A stretch of 64,000 nucleotides of DNA from Histomonas meleagridis 2922-C6/04-290x (taxonomy: Eukaryota; Protista; Parabasalia). The stretch covers positions 620,001 through 684,000 of the forward strand of contig JAANOX010000205.1 of assembly GCA_020184695.1 (NCBI GenBank). Reading direction: 5' to 3'. Positions 46,510 to 58,066 of the stretch are shown here, in pieces. Position numbers and translations under genes: made by a program. The first letter of the stretch is position 1; every line of letters begins with the position of its first letter. The notes under the pieces are model-generated. The model was not told the origin of the DNA and ran no database searches. It saw only the letters and a program-made list of their open reading frames with translations.

Positions 46510-47102
46510 ATTTCGGTATTAATTTTAATAAATAAAAAAAAATATTTATGTAAATATATCATTTTGTAGTAAACTTTTCATTAATTTTATTTTTATTTTT
46601 ACAAGATTTTTTAATGATTGATGTGATAAAACAACAAATTTGTTAATTAATAATAACCTTAACAGTATTTGCTTAAATCAAATGTGAAAGCTGCTTGTTC
46701 ATTTTTTTTACTCACACTTTTTATCAGTTTTGTTGTGATAAAAACTTAACTCCAAAATTTTAATTAAAGAGTATTTTGGATTATACTCGTATTTTGTCAT
46801 AAGCTAACATTAATAAAATAAAGAGAGATTTTAATATTGTCCATCAAATATTCCTTGATACTTTGTGTGTTTAATATATAATCCAATTCATGCATATACA
46901 GTCAAAAAGATCATATGTTCGAAGTATCACATTGATTAAAAAAAGCTACTTCAATATTTCATTGAACATAATTTAAATTAAGTTTAATCACTTCTTTGTG
47001 TTTGGTATTTAGAATAACTTAAAAAAAAATGCATTCAAGTGCATAACAAAGGTTTGAATGTATTTTTATTGATTGTTTAATTCATTAAATAAGATTTTTT
47101 AC

Positions 47103-47836
47103 TTAAAATATTTCTATTCCTTGATTAATGATGAATATTGCCATTTCTTCATTATCAGCTGCTACAGCATTTGAAGCGTAAGTATTTCCTGCATATTGTG
47201 ACATACCTTCAACGCATAAAAACCATTTCGTTATATCATTATAAGCCTTACATTCCAACATTTTTTTAACACATTTTTTAGAATTACAATGACATGCAAG
47301 TTCAAGTAATGTTGGAACGTTTTCATAATGGAAAAATGGACTTAAATTAATTTTCGTGTTTTTGTTTTTATGTTGTTCATTCATTATTTGAAGCATTTTT
47401 TCAGAATCATCTTCAAAAATCGCTCTTTCAATCGTGCCTTCAAGATAAATATGATAAATCATATCTTTGGTAATCGTTTCTTCTTTTGAATCATATATGA
47501 ATTTATTATTCGTATTATGAAATAAATCACAAAAACATTGGAAATTCGTCGCATTTTTTCTCGTATTTCTTGTTCTGTAATTCCTCCTAGATCATATACT
47601 CGTCGAAGAATTGTATTACTTTCCTTAAATAATTCATTTATATATGAATCACGTTTTTGATGGACATTTTTCGTGATAATTTCATGAACAAGTGTTGCAA
47701 GATGTTCATCCGTTTTATAATGAAGTTTTGGAACTTGAAGAATAAAATATGAATAGAAAATATCACTTTCATTTTCATGTGTCTTTATAAATTTGTAAAG
47801 TTGGTGTGGACTACCAAAAAAAACTTGTTGGTTCAC
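47103..47836 (-). CDS. Hypothetical ankyrin-like protein, shorter copy of 58067..59071
   Basis: Same sequence as 58067..59071, but with a 273-bp in-frame deletion and a frameshift near 47530. Confidence 0.6.
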
Positions 47837-48212
47837 AATGCGCTATTAATGGTTGCATCATTCGAAATCGATCAACTCTCTCATCAAGTATTTTCCATTT
47901 CTTTTGTGAAAGCTTTCTCATTGAACAATGAAGTGATCAAAGACAATATAATTCAACAGGAAAATTGCCGAACAAAGTTGTTCAATTTCAAAACTGGCAT
48001 TTTTTTTCTATATGTGGAATTTTCGAAATTGCCAAAATAACTTAAATTTTTCGACAAAGATTATTTCAAATGTCAAATGATGAATACTGTAAATTATCAT
48101 AAGTGGTATCATGTGTTTTGTTTGTAGATAAGCGAATTTTAAAATTCAAATGAATCTCATATTGTTTTAGGATTATTGTTTATTTGTCCAGCATTTTTTA
48201 GTAAATCTCGAC

Positions 48213-48286
48213 GCACTCATAGCTCAGTCGGTTAGAGCGTTGAGCTTATGCCTCAAAGGTCCTGGGTTCGAGTCCCCGTGGGTGCA
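48213..48286 (+). tRNA. trnI-UAU: tRNA-Ile(UAU), intronless
   Basis: Cloverleaf: acceptor GCACTCA/TGGGTGC, D-arm GCTC..GAGC, anticodon stem TTGAG/CTCAA with loop CT-TAT-GC, TTCGA T-loop. A T-run Pol III terminator follows. Confidence 0.93.
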
Positions 48287-48425
48287 TTTTTTTATTAAAA
48301 AAACGTTAAGTATAGAAAGAAATTAACAACGATAGATGAAAACAAAATTTAAATAACATCACAACAAATTTCAGATTTTACTTACTTAAATTAATATTTT
48401 ATTTAATAATAATAAATTTTTTTTC

Positions 48426-48464
<39 letters not shown>

Positions 48465-48474
48465 ATCAAATTTT

Positions 48475-50133
48475 CTATGCGAACAAATTTGATTTTAAAT
48501 AAAACTTATGATTTTCGTTAAACATTGGTTGGAAGTAATCATATTTAAACGATGCCTCACTTCTAAATTGCATTCTTCTTTCTATTTGCTTTGATTCTGA
48601 TTCCATCATTAACGCTAATCCGACCACTGCACCTATTGACAATTGTGAAAATATTTTATCGCAAATTTGTAATATGTGCGAAGTCGAACATTTTTCTATT
48701 TTAGAGAATGATGGATATGAATAAATGATTAATGCCGCTGAATAACACATCATAAAGTGGTGCGGATTCTCGGATGCTATTGTTGAATCCCAAAGTCTTT
48801 CAAGTGTTTCTTCCTCTAGTGATCTTCGATATCCCAACATATACGACGAAACCAAGAAATTCAAATCGTTCATTTCATAACTCGAAAGCCATTCGCTGCA
48901 ACGCGTATCATTTTCTGATATGATCTGGAAAACATGCGGTAAGTCTTTGTTCATTAGGTTGTCCATATTATCTTCGATTAATGGACTACAAATTCGTTCA
49001 ACAAATGACGCAAAACACCAAAATGCAATTGCTTCGTAATCTTCGATCTTATCAATCAATACAATAACAAATGGTAATGCAATATCATTAAGACCTTGCG
49101 TATAGCGTATGTTATAATTAAAGATTGTGTACGTCTTTAAGATATTAATTAATGATTCTTTGATACGTAATTCATCAAATGGAGGTGGAACATTTGTACG
49201 TCGGACGTCCATTCGAATCGTTTGAAATGCTGAGCGAAGCTCATGTCGTTTGGCTAATTGATATGAAGTAAGTGATTGCCATTGAGATTTAAGATTATTA
49301 TAATCAATAACTCGAAGTCGTTTGGCATGACTAACATCTTTCTCAAATGGAAGAACACCAAGAAGTTGCGGCCATAAAAGCGCACGAAGATTTCGCTCAA
49401 TGCCTTTGCGGGAGACTTGAAGTCGGATGTCAGAGAGTTTAATGGTAGTCCCGATGATGGTCTTGTAGAACTCCATCGTAACGGGCGACCTCTCAAAAAG
49501 TGGACCGTTAATGTTGAAACGAGCTGAAATTGCGTTTTGCGACATTTCGTCAACAAGTGAAATAGACTCAAAAGAGGCAACAGGAATATAAGGAACAATG
49601 AATTCACCATTCTCACATGCTATGTCATATACTTTTGAAACATTTGATGAGGACGGATAAATATTTCCATTGTTTAAGGTAGTATTTCTCCAAAAGTCTT
49701 CAACAACAACAGGGTTATGTGCAAGAGCAGAGTTGACTGCTAGAATTTGAAGTAGTTGAAGTGTATATGGAATTGAATTAACTGAAAATGTAAATTGATG
49801 CATTTCACTAGGATTAAGAGTTGATATAACTATTGAGGAAATTTGTGGTGTAATAATAATTCGTTGAATTCGATTTGATGTTAAATAGATTTGATGAATA
49901 TATTTAATTTGAGATCTAAATGTTGAACGTGTTTTAAATTTATTTGGTTTGTCATCATTAGCGTCTGGTGAAGGTGGTTCTTTTGGGCAAATATCAGGCG
50001 TCCATTTAAAGAAAATGCATTCAGAATCTTTACCTATAATAAATTGACCGCTTGAACGACCACTTTGAGGAACATCTGTAACAACGCAGTGAAAAACAGA
50101 GAGAATTAATGGTTGTGGGAGAGAGCTTGACAT
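48475..50133 (-). CDS. TBC-domain Rab GTPase-activating protein (Gyp7/TBC1D15-like)
   Basis: LRALLWPQLLG, IRMDVRRT and YTQGLND motifs. Confidence 0.88.
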   Translation of the reverse strand: MSSSLPQPLILSVFHCVVTDVPQSGRSSGQFIIGKDSECIFFKWTPDICPKEPPSPDANDDKPNKFKTRSTFRSQIKYIHQIYLTSNRIQRIIITPQISSIVISTLNPSEMHQFTFSVNSIPYTLQLLQILAVNSALAHNPVVVEDFWRNTTLNNGNIYPSSSNVSKVYDIACENGEFIVPYIPVASFESISLVDEMSQNAISARFNINGPLFERSPVTMEFYKTIIGTTIKLSDIRLQVSRKGIERNLRALLWPQLLGVLPFEKDVSHAKRLRVIDYNNLKSQWQSLTSYQLAKRHELRSAFQTIRMDVRRTNVPPPFDELRIKESLINILKTYTIFNYNIRYTQGLNDIALPFVIVLIDKIEDYEAIAFWCFASFVERICSPLIEDNMDNLMNKDLPHVFQIISENDTRCSEWLSSYEMNDLNFLVSSYMLGYRRSLEEETLERLWDSTIASENPHHFMMCYSAALIIYSYPSFSKIEKCSTSHILQICDKIFSQLSIGAVVGLALMMESESKQIERRMQFRSEASFKYDYFQPMFNENHKFYLKSNLFA

Positions 50134-50232
50134 ATTTTGTGCTTAGGTCGACAAATTATTTGAATTGTGTATTTTTTTTCGGTTTATCGGTTGAGGGGAT
50201 TGTATAGTTTATTAGTGTAGACCGTTTAGTTA

Positions 50233-51525
50233 ATGTTTGGCGGGTTTGAATCTGATTCCGAAGACACTTCAGCTCTTCATTATAAAATAATGGAAGAATC
50301 AAAATCAATCGAAAATTATATAAACAGTCACAAGGATAAATTAAATTGTGGAGAATCTTTTTCAGTATTAGAATCTCTTTTTAAATTATTTCAATCAGAA
50401 GTAAATATAAATATCTCCCTAAGAAATGCATTAATTCATGAAAGGAAACAAAGGCAACAAAATGATCAAAAACAAAAAAATTTTCTTACAAATATCTCTA
50501 AAATGACAAAGGCAAATATTAATTCATATGAAGGCGTCATTAAAATCATTACTGAAAATGAAGATAAGTATATGAACTTGAAAAAATATTTCAAAGAAAT
50601 TCATACAAATAGTAAATTAAAGATACAAAAGCTTGAAAAGAAAACTCAAAATTTCAATTTCACCATTAGCCATATGACCCACTTGGATTCAGAAAAAAAG
50701 AAAATTATCGGAAAATTGTCACTTGATCTTGAAAATGCAAATTTGCAAATTGAAGAATTAACATCAAAAATTAAAGAATTGACAACTAAAAACGAAGAAT
50801 ATCAACGTTCTATTCGTCATAGAAGTCAAAAGTTCAAAGAATTGCTCGAAGCGCAAAGAGAAGAAATTATTTATCAATGTAAACAAAAACTTAAAATGCA
50901 AAAAGATAAACAAAATTCGCAACTTCAAATTCTTTCTGATCAAGAAACTAAAATCAATGAAATTGAAAGCAATTATCAAGAGAGTGAAAAGAAAATGAAC
51001 ATTGAAATAGATAAACTTACGAAGGAAATCCAAGAAAAAGATGAAATTATACAAACAAAAACGACAAAATCAAAAGAACTTAAATATCAAAACCATAAAC
51101 TTAAGCAAAAAATTCAAGAATTTATGATGTTAACAGAAGAAATGAAAAATAAAATAATGGATTTGAGTGATGAAATTAAACACTTAAAGGAATCGATTGC
51201 TAAAAAAGAACGTCAATATAAGTCATTACAAAATGATAATAAAAGAAATCTTTCGAGTTTAGGTGATACAATCGAAAGTTCCATTTTAAGGAAGATGAAA
51301 AATATTCAAAGAGAAATTGATTTAAAAAATGATGAGCTAAATGATTGTAAGAATGAAATTGTCGAATTAAAAAATGCTTTGTCAAGAAAAGAAAATACTG
51401 ATCGAATAACAAAAGAAATGGTATCTCATTTACAAAATGAAAATGAACGATTAAGAAATATGTTAAGAGAACAAACAGAAAGAAGCTTTGGTAACAAGGC
51501 TTCATATTTCCCCTTAAGATCATGA
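50233..51525 (+). CDS. Coiled-coil hypothetical protein
   Basis: 430 aa K/E/Q-rich heptad-like ORF. Confidence 0.7.
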   Translation: MFGGFESDSEDTSALHYKIMEESKSIENYINSHKDKLNCGESFSVLESLFKLFQSEVNINISLRNALIHERKQRQQNDQKQKNFLTNISKMTKANINSYEGVIKIITENEDKYMNLKKYFKEIHTNSKLKIQKLEKKTQNFNFTISHMTHLDSEKKKIIGKLSLDLENANLQIEELTSKIKELTTKNEEYQRSIRHRSQKFKELLEAQREEIIYQCKQKLKMQKDKQNSQLQILSDQETKINEIESNYQESEKKMNIEIDKLTKEIQEKDEIIQTKTTKSKELKYQNHKLKQKIQEFMMLTEEMKNKIMDLSDEIKHLKESIAKKERQYKSLQNDNKRNLSSLGDTIESSILRKMKNIQREIDLKNDELNDCKNEIVELKNALSRKENTDRITKEMVSHLQNENERLRNMLREQTERSFGNKASYFPLRS

Positions 51526-51698
51526 TCGTTATTGAAGTAAATATATATTTAAGATTTTTACAAGTAAATTCGTTATTTTTAGGACGTTAAAAATTTTAAG
51601 AAGATTTCCAACTTTTTGAAATTGACAGAAAACTTAAATGAAGGTATAACCTTCAAATTTCAATACTATATTAAATTTTTCACATTCAAATATGATGC

Positions 51699-52778
51699 AT
51701 GACTTCAGAAAAATTGTGTGATCCTTGCTTCCTCCAAAAAAACTTCATACATAACATGTTAGATCCTTGTTTACACCAGCAAGTAGACTTATTTGAATCA
51801 GGACAATTTGTTTCCAATACTTCTATTTTGACTCTTGCGTTTGCACGTGATCCTAATATTATAATTGATGATGTTTGTTGTGTTTGCATGAAACCCATTC
51901 CAGAAGGACAAGAAATAGAAATTCAAGATCGTAAATTCCATTTTGATTGCTTTTCATGTGATCTTTGTAGGAGAAAATTTGGTAAAGATCAATATTTAGT
52001 CCATGACAAGTATGTTTTACATGAATTCTGTTTTAAAGTCGTATCATCACCACGATGTTATGTTTGTGGTGGTATATTAGCAGAATCTAAAATTATTGAA
52101 GGATGTGGTCATCTATATCATTCCCAATGTTTTAAATGTATTAAATGTAAAAAAGAAATCAAAACCAATCAAGTTTATTATAAACCAAATGGTCTTCAGG
52201 TTTGTTCCACATGCATCCATCATAGTCATAAAATATGTCTTCATTGTGATCAAGAAACAGATGATAATTGTTTAAGATTTTTATATCAAGGTCATACATA
52301 TTATTATCACAATGATTGTGCGCATTGTTCAGTTTGTAATTGTAATCTTACATCAGAAAATTTCCATTACATTTTTGGTCATGGAATTTGTCGAATTTGT
52401 TGGTATAAAGCCATGAAGCATCAATGTAAGAAATGTGGATTACCAATATTGCCAAGTGATCTTGTTATCACGCAAGGTGAATGGCATTACAAATGTTTTA
52501 GATGTACAATGTGTGGACAATTTGTACCATTTTCTATCGATGTATTAATTGATGGAAACTGTATATATTGCACGAATTGTAGAAAATGTATAAAAACGCA
52601 TTGCGCCGTTTGTAAGAAATTTATTGAGAAAAATGGAGTGGAGAAAAATGGAAAAGTTGTACATTTAAAATGTTTAAATTGCATTAAATGTGGGAAATTA
52701 ATGGCGAAAACAGATGATTGTGTACTGATAGGGGATAAAGTTTATTGCTTTAAATGTGTACCTAATAACATGCAATGA
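51699..52778 (+). CDS. Multi-LIM-domain protein (paxillin/PINCH-like)
   Basis: About five C-x2-C...H-x2-C-x2-C-x2-C...C-x2-C LIM units. Confidence 0.88.
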   Translation: MTSEKLCDPCFLQKNFIHNMLDPCLHQQVDLFESGQFVSNTSILTLAFARDPNIIIDDVCCVCMKPIPEGQEIEIQDRKFHFDCFSCDLCRRKFGKDQYLVHDKYVLHEFCFKVVSSPRCYVCGGILAESKIIEGCGHLYHSQCFKCIKCKKEIKTNQVYYKPNGLQVCSTCIHHSHKICLHCDQETDDNCLRFLYQGHTYYYHNDCAHCSVCNCNLTSENFHYIFGHGICRICWYKAMKHQCKKCGLPILPSDLVITQGEWHYKCFRCTMCGQFVPFSIDVLIDGNCIYCTNCRKCIKTHCAVCKKFIEKNGVEKNGKVVHLKCLNCIKCGKLMAKTDDCVLIGDKVYCFKCVPNNMQ

Positions 52779-53179
52779 TAGTAAATAAAACCTTCTTTTA
52801 TTTCATTAAGAAAATAACAAATAAACTTTTTTATTACGGAGTATTTGTTGAAATATTGAAGAATATTTGGATCATTTTGATATTTAAATTTGAAAAAAAT
52901 CAAACACCATAAAATATAGAATGATAAGATGATGTATTAAATATGTTGTTCGGAATTAATAATTTTTTAACACTGATTTTGGAAAAGCGTGAAGATTATT
53001 CTTTTTTTTAAGTTTTTATCATAACAAATCTGAAAAAAAGAGCTGATAAAAAAGGTCAATAAGCTTTTTTTTGAATATGGAATTAATGCTAATTAACGAA
53101 TTCGTACCAAAAAATTTTTTGTTTCATCACATCATTCGTTTATTATTTAAAAAAAAAAAATAGATGAATTTGATTTTAA

Positions 53180-56100
53180 TTATCCATAATAAGCAATTTT
53201 ATCATCTTCAAATTCTGCTTCTTCTTCTTCTTCTTCTCTTTCAACAAAATAATATCTTTGTTGCATTCTCTGATTGAATGCGTTTAACTCTTGAATTCCT
53301 GTTTGAATTAGTTGACGTAATTCATCCTTAACTTCAATTCCGTCTTGTTCCAACAAAAGCGCTGCCACATCGAAATGACCATTTTCGCATGCGCAAATTA
53401 AAGCAGTTCTAAATCAAACAAATAAACAAGAAATAAATCAAAAAAACATGAAAAAACCAAAATGAATATCATCCTGAACATTTAATTCAAGTTCTTTATG
53501 TTTCAAAAATGATTTAACAACATCTAATAATCCATGATAACAAGCGAACATAAAAGCATTCATGGAACATATAAATAAATATCAAAAGTATGAAACAAAC
53601 ACCAAAAATTTCGAATAAATTTTCATCTTTAAATTGACATCAATATCTTTATGATCAAGTAATAACAATGCAATATTACTATGACGATAATGACAAGCGA
53701 GCATTAAAGCAGTTTCAAATAAATGATATATATTTTATATCCTCCTTGAATATTAACATCAATATTTGGTTGTTTAAGTAATAAATCAACAATTTCATAA
53801 CTACCTGATTTACAAGCAGCCATTAAAGCAGTAAAAAACACTTAAAGTATACTCCAATTTTTTTAGATAAATATCAAATTGTTAATATAAATTTCACATA
53901 TCATATTTATATCAAGATCTTTACGCTTAAGAAGTATTTTCAATATTTCAATTCGTGCCATTTCACATGTGCGTACACCAGGTAAACCCCAAATATTAAT
54001 AATGAATATCCTCCAAATCATCAAAAGAAACTTGAAAAATTAAAAATGAATTCCATCATTTTGTGTTGTATCAATAGTATTAAGCACTTGAAACATGTAA
54101 CTAAATAAAGTATGATCATCTAAAGCTAATCCAAATAGAGCTGTATTAAAAAAATTGATTAAATTCCAAACGATTATAAAAAACATTAAAATTTTTCTTA
54201 AAATTTGATTTTTAAGATTTAAATTAGTTCTTTCATCATTAATAAGTAATTCAGCTACTTCATACATTCCGCAAAAGCAAGCCCAAATTAAAGCTGTATA
54301 AAATCATTCAAATAAATTCCATTATATTTTAATAAATAGTATAAATTTTAAATAAATACTTGTTTGAATATTAACATCAATATCTTTTTCTTTAAGTAAA
54401 CATTTAACAACATCATCATTACCATTTCTGCTTGCTAAAATAAGTGCTGTATAAAATAGTTTAAATAAATTCCAAATTTTAAAGTAAAATATTTTGCATT
54501 AATAAAAAAACATCTGTTTTAGCATTAACATCATCAATTTTTTGTTCAAGAAGCATTTTAACTATTTCAACGCTACCATATTGACTTGCAAACATTAATA
54601 ATGTTGAATACATTTTAAATAAACTCCTTATTACATAAAAAAAACATGAAATTATTTAATTAAATTTCAAGTTTCGGCATATAATTTTTATCTTTTTGTT
54701 CAAGAAGGAATTTAACAACTTTTGGTGCTTTATTTTTAAAAGCAAACATTAACAAGCCTACAAAAATATGAAAAATACTTCAAAAATATTTAATAAATTT
54801 CAGAATCTTTTGTAGTTGTATCGATTTCTTTTAGATTATATAAAAATTTAACAACTTCTACACGATCATTCATAATTGCTTGAGTAAAAGCAGTTTCAAA
54901 CATTTGTTTTTAACACCAATTTTAATCTACAAACAGAAAATACTTTTAATAAATATTTGTTTTCGCGTTTATATCAACTCCTTTTTGTTCAATAAGCATT
55001 TTAACAGCATCTAAATTACCGAAAGCACATGCACACATAAAAGGCGTAATAAATAAATAAAATAAATTCCGAGAAAATAAAATTAATACCAAAAATTACA
55101 AACAAATTGCAGTTTTATAATCAATTTCAGTGTTTTTATTATCAAGGAACAATTGAATTAAATCCTTTTTACCTTCGATGCAAGCAAAGAAGAATGAAGT
55201 CAAAAACAAATAAAATGAATTCCAATTTATATTAAAAAACACGAAATAATCTTAAATAAATATCTCCAGGGAAATTGATATCAATTCCATCACATTTCAA
55301 AAGTAATTCACAGTTTTTCACACGACACTTTTGAGCAGCTATAATTAGAGCGGTATATTTTCCACCATCAAAAAATCATAAAGAACTTCAAACAAATAAA
55401 ACAAATTTCAAGAACATAATTTATATTAATTCCTCCTTTATCTAAAGATTGTTTTAATATTTCATGATTTATAGGATTAGCAGTAATTGGGAATAATTCT
55501 TGTGGAATTTGTTTTCCTTCTAAAATATATTGAACAAGATAAAAATTACCATTTTCAATTGAACTCTTTAAAATTGTTTCTTTGTTTAATCCTTTATCTA
55601 ATAAAAAGTCAAGAATTATAAAGTTATTATTTACAACACAACTATCGCCTAAGTCATTAATAATCTTTTGGAATTCTTCAGGTTTTTTATTATAAAGATA
55701 ATCGAATATTTTCTTTTGATGGAATTCAATTGCTGCATTGAATGCGGATTTAAATGTTGCATTATTTTGCTCACATAAATATAATATCTCCGTCGATCCA
55801 CCAGCTACAGCATATTTCCCTGAGTTTGATACATTTGCACCATTTAATAATAAAAATTTAAAACATTCAAGTGAGCCATAAAATGCAGCATAATCACATA
55901 ATTTAACATCTTCGCCTACAAACCCAAATCGAGTCATTACTCTTCGTTTAGTAACAAATGAATATCTTTCATAAGGAGATGGAATTATTGATTGATTAAA
56001 ATTAAAATTCGTTTCTGATGAAATTTTTTGTAATTCTTCAACATTATCTAATCGAATTATTTTTGCGATTTCTGTTGGATTATATCCTTCTTTGATTTTT

Positions 56101-56624
56101 TCTTTATGTAATTTATAATCATCCTTAATTAATTCTTCAAAGTTTAATATGTTTTGATATGATGTTAAACAATCTTTCGGTTTATAATGTGCAAAATAAA
56201 ATGTGTCTTTTTTCATGACAAATTCAGGTTCAATTAAATGTTCTTCAATCATTTGATTTAATAAGTAATTTGATTCATTTGATTCTAAATCATAAAGATA
56301 TTCAGAAAAGAATTTGATAATTTTATATTCGGTTTTATCTTTTAATAATGTGTCAATTTGCTTAAATAAGTTTAAATATAATTTGGCGTCTTTCTTTTGT
56401 GATATAAAGCATGAATATGATTGAAGTGCAATTAAACTTAAGTAAGAAAGTGGTTGTTGTTGATCAAATAAATCTGCAATTTCTTTCGATGTTGATTCTA
56501 ATTTAGTTTCTTCTAAATGCTCAATTAATTTTTGGATATTAACGAGAACACGAAAATTAGCGTTTGCTATTCTTTCACTATTAATTTCATTGTTGATTTT
56601 TGGCTGGGAAATATTCATTTCCAT
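53180..56624 (-). CDS. DUF3447-type + ~13 ankyrin-repeat protein; continuous if 38 intervening elements (35 of 17 nt, 3 of 18 nt) are removed
   Basis: ORF 55368..56624 gives the N-terminal part. Fourteen loop clusters lie between 55406 and 53411. All exons are stop-free and join the C-terminal ORF 53180..53368. Confidence 0.8.
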
Positions 56625-56800
56625 CTATGGAGAAAATAAGTTTACGACGCTATCAAAATTCAGTTGTCTTTCAAAAAATTCTCTCAAAACCATTGTAACG
56701 GTTGCCAATTAGCAATTTCTGTCAAATGAATTTGTAGATAATCGTTTTCGCCATAAAAACGTTTTTTATTCAAAATTAATTGAATACAAAAAGTTAATTT

Positions 56801-57296
56801 GGCGCCCTTTTGCATTGGTATGAGCCTACAAATCATTCAGTTACAACCGTATTACTTAATGCGTTAAATACTACAACAGAAGCTCAATCACCACCAACAT
56901 TACGTTGTCGATTATTATTCTTGTTAATATTATTACAAATACTAAACAGAGAAAATTATGATGAAATGTTAAATATTTTCTTACCAGAAGTTGTTGGAGC
57001 ATTAAAAGAACATGGAGTAAAAACGCGTGAAGCATCTAATGAATGTATTTATACTATTGCAAATGATTTCATAAAATAAGGAACAATCATTAACGCAATT
57101 GTTATTACATTTATTTGTTAGTATAGCACAAAAAATGAAAAATGATAACGATGATGGGTCAGAAGGACTGAATGAAAAAACGCATATATTAAGAACAAAA
57201 AGAACATCGAAAAAAAGTATGAAAAACGCATTCGTTTTGTTTAGAACAATCCACCCACACATTCCACCTAATAAATCAAATATTTATCATTGTTAA
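56801..57296 (+). pseudogene. Gene fragment resembling part of an RRP12-like HEAT protein
   Basis: FLPEVVGALKEHGVKTREAS.ECIYTIA followed by stops; lacks a start and the rest of a large gene. Confidence 0.35.
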
Positions 57297-57612
57297 TGAA
57301 TCAACTCTTAATTATTATTTAATTGAATGAACCAATTATTTAATTTTTTGCATTCATTAATAAAAGATACAACTTTACTTCTTATTTCCTTAAATATGTT
57401 TTTTCTAATCGTTAAAATACAACTTTTTTAGCAAAAATAATTATTTTTTATCTCAATTTCCACTTTCTGGATCATGATCCTTGTCATGACCAATTATCCT
57501 TTTTTTGATTTAAGTAAGTAAAATCTGAAATTTGTTGTGATGTTATTTAAATTTTGTTTTCATCTATCGTTGTTAATTTCTTTCTATACTTAACGTTTTT
57601 TTAATAAAAAAA

Positions 57613-57686
57613 TGCACCCACGGGGACTCGAACCCAGGACCTTTGAGGCATAAGCTCAACGCTCTAACCGACTGAGCTATGAGTGC
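57613..57686 (-). tRNA. trnI-UAU: tRNA-Ile(UAU), second identical copy
   Basis: Exact reverse complement of 48213-48286. Confidence 0.93.
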
Positions 57687-58066
57687 GTCGAGATTTCCTC
57701 AAAAAAAATGCTGGACAAATAAACAATAATCCTAAAACAATATGAGATTCATTTGAATTTTAAAATTCGCTTATCTACAAACAAAACACATGATACCACT
57801 TATGATAATTTACAGTATTCATCATTTGACATTTGAAATAATCTTTGTCGAAAAATTTAAGTTATTTTGGCAATTTCGAAAATTCCACATATAGAAAAAA
57901 AATGCCAGTTTTGAAATTGAACAACTTTGTTCGGCAATTTTTCCTGTTGAATTATATTGTCTTTGATCACTTCATTGTTCAATGAGAAAGCTTTCACAAA
58001 AGAAATGGAAAATACTTGATGAGAGAGTTGATCGATTTCGAATGATGCAACCATTAATAGCGCATT

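Larger units (their letters stand above)
42705..48391 (+). repeat. Left arm of a large inverted duplication
   Basis: Reverse complement of 57508-63492. Shared sequence begins GGTATTTTATAAC and ends CTTACTTAAAT. Confidence 0.92.
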
